Shown: in pieces, positions 27,401-39,155 of the stretch
Layout: each line of letters begins with the position of its first letter
Numbering within the stretch: the stretch's first letter is position 1
From: Azolla caroliniana
Taxonomy: Eukaryota > Plantae > Polypodiophyta
Length of the DNA stretch: 64,000 nucleotides
Direction: 5' to 3'
Assembly: GCA_043228905.1 (NCBI GenBank)
Contig: JBHGNT010000001.1
Span: forward strand, 35,154,001 to 35,218,000
Program-made: the position numbers and the translations under genes
The notes under the pieces: model-generated
Databases searched by the model: none
Told to the model about the DNA's origin: nothing
What the model saw: only the letters and a program-made list of their open reading frames with translations

Positions 27401-28200
27401 CATATTACTTTGATCATTCATAGCAGTTATAGGCTTAACATGGGCAGCAAAACAATCTATTGCCAAATGGCTGATTTTTTTACAAGAAAAACACTCGGTG
27501 GGCAAACCAAAATAAATCACTTTCTAAATTTTCTAAAACATATTACCTTTAAGCTTCAGAAGACGAATCCAATTAGGTAAGTCTGCATCCTTTTTTGCAG
27601 AGAAACTTGACAAATAGAGCTCCTCCTTTTTCGATAGTGTCCCTAAACGTAGATGTGTTAACATGTAGAACTCTTCCTATTGCTACCCCAATTTTGTGAA
27701 ACACCTCCCTCCACTCCTTATCTAGGCCTGGAAAAACAGTCGTACATGTAAAGTATCATGTTGCATCCGCCTATAGAACTGTTGTATCAAAATCGTGGGT
27801 CCATGGGACAAAAAGAACCCATGCACCTAACATGTATACCGAGTGAATGGAAAGGAGATTGTGAACAAAAGAATGGACCTCTGCAAACTCCAATTGATAG
27901 CAACCTCGGTCCATAAGATGTATATCAATAATCTTCTCGAATTTCTCCTGTAACGTTGCCTGAAGAAGATGACAGATATCCTCTCTACACGGTCGTTTTC
28001 CCAAGACTTGGGCAACAACCGAGCACTGCTCAAATCACTTAACTTAATTGAAGACAACGAGGTCATCCTCCGGGGCCAACTGAACATCGATAGTACCCTC
28101 GATCGTAGGATAAGCAGGAGCCGATTCACTGGATCACTCTCGTTGACGATGACAGTGTAGACATAAAATATCTTCTTGTCATGTATACGTAAGTTTGAAT
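24461..28200 (-). mobile_element. Decayed L1-clade LINE with ORF1 (DUF4283-like plus CCHC knuckle) and ORF2 remnants (partial endonuclease plus zf-RVT); RT missing
   Basis: ORF1 pieces are 27771-28004 (…GCYQLEF…WVLFVPW) and 27050-27520 (CFSCKKISHLAIDC = CX2CX4HX4C). ORF2 starts MDYFNLLSWNLQGLG at 26770 and has FQEYHL, LNVYA and CGDWN. zf-RVT (WRMQLPKKVICFRWLLMH...CGMHCGAHVESILHVFW) lies in 24622-25566. A degenerate T-tract is at ~24461-24472. Boundaries are approximate and no TSD was found. Confidence 0.88.
26095..26682. repeat. Near-perfect 292-bp tandem duplication inside the LINE endonuclease region
   Basis: Units are 26095-26386 and 26387-26678, with GGTA at each junction (26095, 26387, 26679). 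One mismatch seen (26101 vs 26393). The ORF track shows the duplicated peptides. Confidence 0.95.
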
Positions 28201-30149
28201 CCCTATTTCCTAGTTAAATCGTTCTCTTGCTCTTTCTCGTTCTCTTTTCCCTTCCATGTCCTTCTCCTTCCTCCTCCCCAACCACCGCCACCACTAAGTT
28301 TTCTACTTCTACTTCTTTGCCTGAGCTGTGACGGGAAAAAAAAAACAATTTGGAAAGAAAGCAAACTTGTTGGAACAAATGGTCTACAACTATTGTGCAA
28401 CAGAGCAACGGAATGAACTTCTCTCCCAATGGTTGCTTTCCTTCTTATCCTGCGTATATAGTGAGGCTTAGGGAAGGGATGGTGAGGAGTTACTTTGTAG
28501 GGAGCGCAACCATGACAGAGGATCCTATACATGAGAGATTGTACGTGCTAATAATTGATAATCAAGACCATATATTTGACTTTGAGTGTAAGGTGTACAA
28601 TGTTTGATTATGTATATTTGAATTCTCTACCATATCACAATTTTAAGACATATTCCTTTGCACCAAGGGTTTTTTTTTTTCCAAAACAAAATATCCTTCC
28701 ATTTCTTTTCAAAAAACCTATCAGGTACAACCTACAAAATAGATGGAAAAGAAGAGAAAAAAGACTATCCCAATGGCTAGCCATGGATCCTTCATTTAAC
28801 CACAAAATCGTTTAAGATTATAGAATCTTAGTGCATGTGTTGTGTGGACTCTATCGTAAATGTGGCTAGAACTAATCGGGTAAGATGGGATGTTTAGGGC
28901 TTTGATGGTTTGGGTGATGAACATTTTGAGGGAGAAAGAAGAAGATAATACACAAACATACAACTCGCAATGATTTGCCACAATCTGTGCTCCCTTTGAG
29001 AGCAAAGATGGTACACAAATCAATATATAATACACAAATATTATAGATTGATGGGGGGGGGGGGATGCCTAGGTATATCTATCTTATTACTACATTGAGA
29101 AATAGAAATGTGACACTGCGATCCACCTAAATGTAGGAATAAACATACCTTGTGGTCTCAAAGACTTGCCTAAATTAACTTCAAGAGACCATGTCCAAAT
29201 TGGTGAGAACTATTCTTAATTATGGGTATATTATTCAAGTCATATATATGAAAAAAGGATGAAGTTTAATCATTAAAATCAATGATGCAACACACTATGA
29301 TATCAATTAGCAAAGGTGATGTTGCGTTAGGAAATAATCCTAAATTGCAAACACCAAGCTTAGACATTTCTTTATAAATCTCAAGTTGGAGGTGCCTCTA
29401 GAGCGGAAATATAGCAAGTAGATGTTTAATGCAACACCTTTTATCTTTCTCGACCAAAAGATATTTACAACGATTTAATAAGAAGCAATAACGTGGGTGG
29501 AAGATGGTTAGTATTTTGAAAGACAAGTTGCAAAGGAAAGACAATGTCCACGTTTTGGGGTAACATGTAATTGTCAACCTAATGTACACACTGATTAAAC
29601 TTAGTTACTTTCTTTCTATCGTCCTACCATCACTTTGAATTACACATGTAATGAGGTGAGAGCATGTAACACATCTTTCACTATTTTCGAGCATCATAAT
29701 TCAATCATACCAACATGTTCATATGATGACAAGTTAATTTATTTGAAGTTCTACACACTATAACTTTTATCTCCAACTCACCACTACAAGGTTTATGAAA
29801 AAAATGCCCAAAATAGTGAACTCAACGATGAAGAGTAAAGGTGTATTTATTTAGGAAAAGAGGTAAATTTTCTCAAGAATACCCGGTGTTACATTTATGT
29901 ACGAATAAAGTGCATATAAGTTGAAGCTACCGTTGTATCAAATCCCATGGTGTAATCATGTTTCAATGTTCTACTATAGTATATACTTTGTTTTCTCAAA
30001 TGTGCTCTCTCTGTTTAATATTGATCTATGCATTCTCAAATTACCTTGCACACAACACATTTGTTGTTGAGTATCTCTTACAGATAAAAAATAGTTAAAC
30101 AAGTATAGAAATAGCGAATTATTTCATGGATGGCACAATCTCACACATT

Positions 30150-30341
30150 TATTTTTATTTTTTTAACAAAAGATACACCCTAGTATTATAAAATCATAAG
30201 CAATACAAAAGTTGATGGCTCTTTCGGTGAAAAGAACAACCCCACCAAAACAAAGCTAATGCTAACCATAAATTCATCCATCCATTCATGAGGAGAAAGG
30301 GACCTAAAAACATTTTCGATTCATGGATATTTGCAGCCTCC
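30150..30341 (-). mobile_element. Short (~190 bp) retroposed fragment (5'-truncated LINE or SINE-like) with ~20-bp TSD
   Basis: atggcacaatctc(a/g)cacatt at 30130-30149 and 30342-30361. A T-rich tract (tatttttattttttt) directly inside the left copy is an A-tail on the minus strand. Confidence 0.75.
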
Positions 30342-30734
30342 ATGGCACAATCTCGCACATTAGTGCGTCCATGTTGCGATTAATGTTGATTTGGCACAAG
30401 AGTTATCGTGTGCTATGTTGCAATTAATTCCAATGGCATTAATAATACATATATCAAAATTTAAGGAATAAGTTGGAACCTATGGTGGTTTTAAAATGAT
30501 GTATGTCAATGATTCATAATGGCTTAGGTGAATCATTGAAAGACAATGTTATGACACAAGAGTTATCATGTGCTATAATGTGGTTAATGCCAAATTATGT
30601 CATTAAACATAGGAAACTTTGGTGTTCTTGATATATTTTGCTTCGTCTTAGGAGACCATGATTTGTTTTGGGTAAATTTTAATATTTTATTGATGTAGTT
30701 TAGTCTACCTATAGTTTAATGGATGCTCTAGAAG

Positions 30735-31095
30735 AGAGGTTTGGGACTTGTTGGCCTTAGAACCCCTTTAGTATGACAGCATGGAGTTGGGCTAATGGAT
30801 CATATCCTCATTTTATCTTTCAATATTCACAACATAGATGAAAGCAGACTCTTGGTTGGATTGCATATATGTAATGCATAATGGTACATTCTTGTCAAAA
30901 GTGTCATAACATCTATTTTACGCACTGAGAGGCTTGGGACTTGTGAGCCTTAGAAGCTTTCAAGTATGACACCTGGAATTGGATTAATTGATCGGATCAT
31001 GCTTTAACCCTTCCATCAATATTCAGTAGATGATTATAGACTCTACACCAGATTGCATAAATGTAATTCATAATGATACATTCTTGCGGAAAGTG
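30735..31095. repeat. Diverged ~190-bp tandem duplication
   Basis: gagg(t/c)ttgggacttgt..gccttagaa....agtatgaca... and gattgcata.atgtaat.cataatg.tacattcttg each occur twice. Confidence 0.7.
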
Positions 31096-32659
31096 TTGAT
31101 TATGCATGTACGTTGGGGGTATGCTTCATTTGATGATTTTTCTATTGTCCCGAAATGCACATATCAATGGTGAAGAGTGTGAAACCTTTATTGGGAAGGC
31201 AACCCCTTAGATTTTACTCTTTCTTTCTTTGACATGATGATTTTAATCATTTATGGGACAATTGATAGAAGATTTCACAAGACGTGTTAGGATTTGCACT
31301 GTAACTTTTGTCTCTCTAATATTCAACATACCCACCATTATGATTTCTCCTACATTGTGGCACTCATACAACTATTGTTAAACAAGTGTAATATCTTGTT
31401 GTTGTTCACCCCAACAAATCGTGTATTTTTGGATGTATATGCTGACTTATGTCAAACTCTAGTAGGATTTAATGCAGAAATCCATATGAGACATAAATTT
31501 CTGCATGTTATGCCAAATGGTGGATCAAACCATGGCAAAACTATGATAATTGAAACTTGCACATGGATGTCTACTTTGGCTTATAAGGGTTTCTTTGATG
31601 AGACATGGAGTACAAATGCTTGCATGTTTCAACCGAATTATGTTTATTCTTTTGATGGTTTCTTGCTTACATTTTTTATTGTTGCAATGATGGTTCATAT
31701 CATGTTGCTCATATGATGACTTTGTATTATGGTAGTGGGTTTATTTAGAAAGCAACGTGTAATAGATCCAAAGGTGGACAATCTAGAGTTGTTGAGTTGG
31801 AGAGTTAGATTAGGGAGGGATAATCACCTAGTGGTCTAGTGTGATATTACAAAGTGACTGAGGTCCTCAACTACACAACATGATGTTTTGATCTCTTTCT
31901 TCTTGTACTCTCTAGGGAGACAAGGAAACACCTTCTAATTCGGCGAAAAGTTATGAGTATAGTTAGTTACAACAACTTCGCATCATAATTAGGCACAACT
32001 TTGTGAACCTTTTTTTATCACACTCATAGACCTTAGGTATCAATCACCAAATGGTTTCATTTCATTAGTAGAATTACCAATGGAAACTTGGGTAGCTTGT
32101 AGCGAAGCATGATCCCACATGCACTAGTGATGACTCTACGCCAACATCACATCTAAACTCTTGATGACCATGTGCACCTCACAATGTATTTCATATAGTG
32201 ACATTGTAGCTTTCACACATACTTGCATACGGGTTTTTTTTTGCTTGGGGGAAAAGTGTGTGTTGTTTGATACTTGAACTTGGGTATTCATGTTGTAATA
32301 TACGAGGGTGAGATATCACAACTACGGGAATTCTAAAGGCACTTGCCTTTGATAGAGAGCCCTATGTCCATCATGAAGATGTTGTGTTATGGGACAATGG
32401 TTTGGGATACGTGGTGGCAAGATGGAGTCTACATAGGATAGACAATTAGCTATCATATGGAGCAAGGCGAGCAATGCTTGAAAGCTAAGAGCACTTCTTC
32501 TTCTTCGAGGGTTGTCTAGGGGGGGGGGGGAAGTCAAGTGACTTGTCAAGGAAAGGGGAGAAGCGTTGGTCACGATTTGGGATCATTCTCGGCGTTTCTT
32601 CGATTTGGTTGGTAGTAGTAGTTAGAGACTCCAGACAGAGACAGAGAAACCCAAAATAG

Positions 32660-33204
32660 TAGGAGGAAAAGGGGATGAGAGAGGGGGGGGGGCAGGGGAT
32701 GAGGGAGAAATATAGAGAGAAAGAGAGAACATTGGATGAGAGAGAAATATATATATATAGAGAGAGAGAGAGAGAGGGAACAGGGGATGAGAGAGAAATG
32801 TAGAAAGCGAGAGAGGGAACAGGGGATGTGAGAGAAATGTAGAGAGAGAAAGAGAGAGGGAACAGGGGATGAAAGAGAAATGTAGAGAGCGAGAGAGAGG
32901 GAACAGGGGATGAGAGAGAAATATAGAGAGAGAGAGAAGGAACGGGGATTCGGGAATGAGAGAGAAATGTAGAGAGACAAAGAGAGAGGGAACAGGGGAT
33001 GAAAGAGAAGTGTAGAGAGCGAGAGAGAGGGAACAGGGATGAAAGAGAAATGTAGAGAGCGAGAGAGAGGAGAGGGAACAGGGGACGAGAGAGAAATGTA
33101 GAGAGAGAGAAGGAACGGGGATTCGGGAATGAGAGAGAAATGTAGAGAGAGAGAGAGAGAGGGAACAGGGGATGAGAGAGAATGAACCCTCTCTCTCTCT
33201 CTCT
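32660..33204. repeat. Polypurine GA-rich minisatellite (~40-bp unit, ~10-12 copies) upstream of the LRR-RLK
   Basis: Unit approximates gagagaaatgta(ga)n gggaacaggggat. A variant unit (aaggaacggggattcgggaat) recurs at ~32937 and ~33110. The array ends in a (CT)n tract. Confidence 0.92.
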
Positions 33205-33462
33205 GACTCCATCTTACTTGAAATTTGAGTGTACTTTCTTTGCAATCTGACAAAAAGCTTAATTTCCCTCTTTCACTTGCATTGAGCTCACCTCCTCTTC
33301 CTCCTCCTTCTTTGTCTTCGTCTTCGTCTTCTTAGCTATGGAACCTTAAGCATAGAACCCTAGGGCTTGGCTTCTAAACCAAAGAACAGGTCGAAGATAC
33401 AATGGGATTGATACATGTTCCTGACAATTCGAACCTAACGAGAAGAATGAAGGAAAAGAATT

Positions 33463-36400
33463 ATGAACCCTAATTTATTTAAGATGAATAAAACCTCAGT
33501 TCTAGGGTTTCTTCTCCACTTCTACTTCTTCTTCTTCTTCTTCTTCAAGTCACCAGGCTTAACTGTATTCTCTACTTCAAGTAATACTACGAACAACAGC
33601 AATAGCGTGCAAGAAGGAGAGATTCTATTAGAGCTACTCAAAGGAATGCAATTTAACAAGAATTCGTGTATAAGCGTTACATGGGAAAGCTATGAGAGCT
33701 CTTGCCCCAGCTCTTTCTGTGGAGTGACGTGCAACGATGAAGGTTATGTGGTAGGCTTAGATCTATCCAACCAAAGTCTGCAAGGATCGATAAAACCTAA
33801 CATTTTAAGCAAACTCACCAAACTCTCTTCACTGGATTTATCTGCAAACCTCCTATCTGGGCAGTTGCCACAAGACATTGGAGAAATAACTACCCTTCAA
33901 AGGCTTGACCTCTCCTCTAACCTCCTCTCTGGACCCCTACCATCGAGCATCAGCGCTTTAAAGACTCTCCTCTACATTAACATTTCATCTAATTTGATCT
34001 CGGGTTCAATCCCGAGTGATCTCTCCCAGCTCAAATCATTGCAAACCCTTGATTTGCATGGGAATCTACTTGGTGGGGAGATTGATCCTTCGCTTCTAGG
34101 GTTGTCTTCTCTCTCAAGGGTAGATTTGAGCAACAATAAGCTTCAAGGCTTCATTCCATGGCAACCCAATGACACCCTTCCTGTGTTAAGAACTGTGGAA
34201 TATGTAAACCTCAGCCATAATTTGCTCACTGGACCTTTGGCCCCACCCAAGTTTTCGTCAGTCTTCGCAGAGAGGTTGAAGGTGTTGGATATGAGTTACA
34301 ATCAACTCTCGGGAGATCTACCTGACTTTGAGTTTGTTATTGCACTAACTACTCTTAAGTTGAACGAGAACTTGTTCACGGGATCCGTACCATCGACTCT
34401 CCTATCAGCAACACTTGGTCTGCTCGAAGAATTGGATCTTAGCAAGAATAACCTTAGTGGTACCAGTGCCATATCCTTCCTTTCTTCTTTGTGTGTAGTT
34501 CTTCTACAAGTACTAGCTAGTAGTATGAAATCGGTATTATAAAATTTGAGTGTAGATTAGATAGAAAAATCAGTCTTGAGTCTTTTATTAACATACTCCT
34601 CAAATTTGAGTGTACATTGAGATGTGCATTGTAATATGACAGCAGCATTTTCTGCACCATAATGTTTTAGTGTATAATATGCTTTGTGGGATAGTTGAGT
34701 GCACCATATCATGGTCAGCATAGATTAGATGGTGTCCTTTTCAATGGGATTGTAGATCTTTGCACTACTGCAAGTATATTTTCAATAGAATGTATTTATC
34801 AATGCTATTTGATAGCAGATGGCTCCACTTGGAGTCGATGGACCTATAGAATGTTAGAGACTGTAACAATCAGAGTGATCTAACTCCATATTAGTTGTCA
34901 ATCACAAGGCTCTGCTCATTAATAACTACAATTGTAGTGAAATGCATATTAGATTATTAAAGTTCCTACACATTTAAGATTTATACCATGCAATTGTACA
35001 TTTTGTAAATGGGATCAATGGAGAAAGAACAGCTTTTGTTTTCCTTTTTCTAGCATAGTCTATTCTATGCATTCATTTTGAACAATCACATTACAGATCT
35101 TATTCAAAGTTTTGGTCCTTTGATCTTCTTGAGAATAGGCATTCTTATCTTTCTTGATACAGGAAATGTAGATCGAATATCTTCCACGTCATTGAAATAT
35201 CTCAACCTGTCCTTCAACGCACTATCAGGAGAGCTTCCAAAGAAGTTAGGTTCATGCTCCATTGTGGATCTCAGCCATAATGACTTCAATGGAGATTTAA
35301 CGGTACTAAGTTATTGGACTGATATGCTTGAAATTCTGGATTTAAGCTCCAATAAGCTAATTGGCCAGTTAACGGAGGATATCTATATGTTTGTGAGACT
35401 TCGAAATCTCAACCTTTCCAACAATGGGTTGTCGGGTCCAATTCCATCAAACTATGGATTCCTGCCAAAGATTGGTTCTATCGACCTCAGCTTCAACCAG
35501 CTCAATGGAAATATACCCAGATCTCTTCTCAACTCCTCAACACTATCTTATCTTCTACTGTCTAACAATAAGCTCATAGGAAACATTCCTCTTCAGGGTG
35601 CTATTGCTACTGCATTCTCCCCGCGGATTGTCACAATTGACCTCTCCAATAACAAACTCGATGGAGACATCTCTGAAGTAATTTCTAGATTCCAAATGCT
35701 CAAAGATCTTGATCTCAGCAACAACCAGTTATTGGGACACATACCAGAATCGCTCTCTAACCTCACACTTTTACAAATCCTTGACTTGTCAAACAATGGG
35801 CTCTCAGGTTCCATCCCATTGTCACTGCCTAACACTTTGACTCAGCTTCAGTTGTCCAACAACAACTTATCAGGTGAAATACCAACTAATCTTGAAAGGT
35901 TCCCCAATTCCTCATTCTATCCTGGAAATGAAGAGCTTCACTATCGTTGGCCTCTCTCAGTTACGAACAAAGGGGAACCCTTAACAGCCCCTTTCAATGT
36001 ACATCATCGAACCTTTAGTATAGAATTTAAAGCCGGATTAATAGGAGGCAGTATAGCAACATTCACCCTTCTCCTTATTGTCATCTTCCTAATTTATTAT
36101 AAGTGTTTGTCAAAGCATGATAAAATGGTTGGATCTGGACATGGTCGTAGAGATATTCCTAAAGGGCATAAGATGTGGAGCCCTTGTGCAACATATCTTG
36201 ATAATCCTCATCATAGAAGTTCAACAATTAAGAACTCTTCCGCTGACCTACTATTGGACCGACCCTCCGAGACCAGTAAGGGATCCGAAAGAATACGAGA
36301 AATCAAGCTTGAATCATCAAAGCAAAAGGGAAGACTCGAGATGTCGCCTTTGCCTATGTATAGCAAACATTCTCTCCCCACCAATTTTCACCCTTCTCCC

Positions 36401-37952
36401 AGACTGGGTGATGAACTTATTTCTTCTCCAGTGATTCTTAAGGTCCAATCTCCTGATAAACTCGCTGGGGACTTGCATTTCCTCGACAAATCTTTGATTT
36501 TTACTGCCGAGGACTTATCTCGAGCTCCTGCAGAAGTGTTGGGTAGGAGTAGCCATGGCACGTCTTACAAAGCCACTCTTGATAATGGCCATGCTCTCAC
36601 TGTCAAATGGCTACGAGAAGGTCTCGCTAAGAGCAAGAAAGAATTTGGACGAGAAGCCAACAAATTCGCAAAAATTAAACATCCGAATCTCATTCCATTG
36701 AGGGGCTATTATTGGGGGCCAAGAGAGCACGAAAAGCTCATCTTGTCAGATTTTGTGAGAGCTGGGAGCCTTGCTGCTCATATAGCAGGTGAGACTCCTT
36801 TCTTGGTTTCTTGATCATGTGCATGGATAATGAATGTTTTATAGTTATCATTAAAGCAGACACATATACTCACTCATTTGTATCCTTGATCATGCAAATT
36901 AATAATGTCTTATAGCTATCCTGCGTATCGATGATGTCTTATAGCTATCATCAAAGAGGGCATATATACTCACTCATTTGTTCATCTCAATATACTCATT
37001 CATTCATCCTTCCATCCATCCATTTACTCAAACCTACCCTTAATATTGCCAATCATCCGCATTATTTCTTTCTACTTGTTCATTCTTCCATCCATCTTTC
37101 TACGCATTTATTTCCATCATCCATCCACACATTCAATTATCCAGTCACCCACCTACGCTATTCACACATTCAACCTTCCATTCTTTCTACACATTCATCC
37201 ACACATCCACCATTTCTACTCATTCATTCACCTATTCATCTACTCCTTCATCCTCTCTACACTTGAATACAACTAACTCATTTCAACCATCACAAATATA
37301 CACCCCAATCTATACCAACTATTAAAAAAACCTCACTCATTTATTCATTCTTACAGATAGAGCAGGGCAGCGATACACCCCCCTCTCATGGCAACAGCGA
37401 TTGGTGATTGCAATGGATATCGCAAGGGGATTATCATACCTGCACGATGAGCGGCATCTATCCCATGGAAATTTAAAAGCAACCAACGTATTAATCGACA
37501 CGCCAAACCTTAATGCAAAACTAGCAGATTACGGTCTCCATGAGTTAATGACATCTGAAGGCACATCCAATCAGATACTAAATGCAGGTGCATTAGGGTA
37601 TAGGGCTCCTGAACTTGCAAGCACGAAAAGACCCAGACCATCATTCAAAGGAGATATCTATGCATTTGGGGTGCTTGTGCTAGAACTTTTGACCGGGCAA
37701 GGCGCGGGAGATATTATATCAGGGCAATCAGGAGCCGTTGATCTCACAGATTGGGTGCGTCTTCTTGCTAGCGAGGGCCGGGCGTACGATTGCTTTGATC
37801 CAATGCTTGTGGGCGGAGGCAAAAGCAATGAGAAGCTCCTTGATAGCATGGAGGAAACACTCAACCTTGCTTTGAAATGCATCTCTCCTCAGCCATCTGA
37901 GAGGCCCAGTATCCGTTCGGTGTATGAAGAACTCATGGCCATCTCTGCGTGA
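33463..37952 (+). CDS. LRR receptor-like (pseudo)kinase, LRR-III subfamily, GHR1/SIRK1-like
   Basis: Exons are 33463(or 33484)-34459, 35163-36788 and 37357-37952, with consistent phase-1 junctions. Hydrophobic N-terminus, LRR N-cap (CPSSFCGVTC), many LxxLDLSxNxLSGxIP repeats and a TM segment (LIGGSIATFTLLLIVIFLIYY). Juxtamembrane SPDKLAGDLHFLD and kinase motifs APAEVLGRSSHGTSY, VKWLREG, HGNLKATN and DYGLH are typical of this clade. Confidence 0.93.
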
Positions 37953-38059
37953 GTGACGATGAGAAGGCACCAATTTTTTAGGTGTAAGATGAGATAAAGA
38001 GTACATGACCATGCACGAGTCTTTTTGCCTTGCCTTCTCTGGTGCACAGAATTCCCAAA

Positions 38060-38335
38060 GGCATTGTCACCATAATCAACATAATCTCCATCCCCATCCC
38101 ATATATCCATGGACATCATCATCATCACCATGGCCATTGCCATCTTTGTCACCATCTCCAGCACTCTCAATGTAGCCATATCCAAGGTTAGCATCAGCAT
38201 CAACATCAACATCTGCGATTGTGGGTTTGTTATCATAACCATTTGAACTCATGTACATCAACATCATTGCCATGAATATCGATATCATCACTGTGGACAT
38301 CCATCATCATAGCCATTATTGCCATGAACATCCCG
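38060..38335. repeat. Low-complexity (CAT/CAC)-rich tract downstream of the RLK stop
   Basis: catcatcatcatcaccatggccattgccatc... repeated degenerately. Confidence 0.6.
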
Positions 38336-38829
38336 AGTTGCGACCCTAAAGTCTTGTCCATATGGAGTTCCTTTGCCATTTGTTTCATGGATCCATCAAT
38401 CCTACACTTTTTAAAGCATCAGAAAATCCAGCTAACGTCCAAGATATAATATACAGACAAAAACTAGTAATTAATTCTTTGTATCTGACATGCATATGCA
38501 AATCAACAGTAACTTGACAACAGTGTCCTTTTTAACTGAACTTTTGGCTCTATGGGTTTTTTTTTCCCTTGTGCGCTGTAAAACACGATCTATGAAACTA
38601 AAAACAGTATATTTAATGTTCTTCCGCCCTTTTTGACTTTTAATATGTCTTATCTACTGGGAAACCCGCACAGGTGTTGCAATGAGGTGAAAAAAAACTG
38701 TACACCACCGCACAGTAGGAGAAAGGTCACTAGATGTGGATTACTGTTCTTCATATTTTAACACTTCAGATGAAATCCATGTTCCATGAGCAGCGGCGTT
38801 AATTGTAACCATGAAACTAACGCTACCTT

Positions 38830-39155
38830 TAACCCTGACCCAAACCCTAAACCTAAATTATATAAGCGCTAAACTCTAAGCCAACCAACACGAGAGCGTC
38901 CCTTCCCTTCCGTTTGGACATAAAAGCAGAGAAACACATTCTGTCGAAACCATAGCCTCTTGATCCCAAGGTAGAGCACAGAGAAGAAAATCAAACGAAT
39001 ATGTATCGAAAGAAAAAGGAAAAGAAGGTGGGCCATCGATCTGTTTTAATTGTTCAGTCGCAGGTGTATTAACATTGAACCTAAGGTTAAGAGACGCATC
39101 CCACAGACCGCAGGGTTAAACCCTAACCCTAAACCCCTAACACTAAATCCTAAAT
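38830..39155 (+). repeat. Short degenerate interstitial telomere-like (CCCTAAA/CCCTAA) motifs
   Basis: aaccctgacccaaaccctaaacctaaa at ~38831 and aaaccctaaccctaaacccctaacactaaatcctaaa at ~39118. Confidence 0.55.

Noticed and set aside
32660-33204. CRISPR-like repeat-spacer array
   Set aside because: The spacers are variable-length GA runs rather than unique sequences, the context is eukaryotic and there are no cas genes.
32570-33253. Long minus-strand ORFs (227 and 207 aa)
   Set aside because: They are translations of the GA minisatellite (S/L/F/P low complexity), not genes.
36931-38300. His/Met-rich ORFs (36931, 37046, 37889, 38076)
   Set aside because: They arise from CAT/ATTC-rich low-complexity sequence in RLK intron 2 and the 3' flank.
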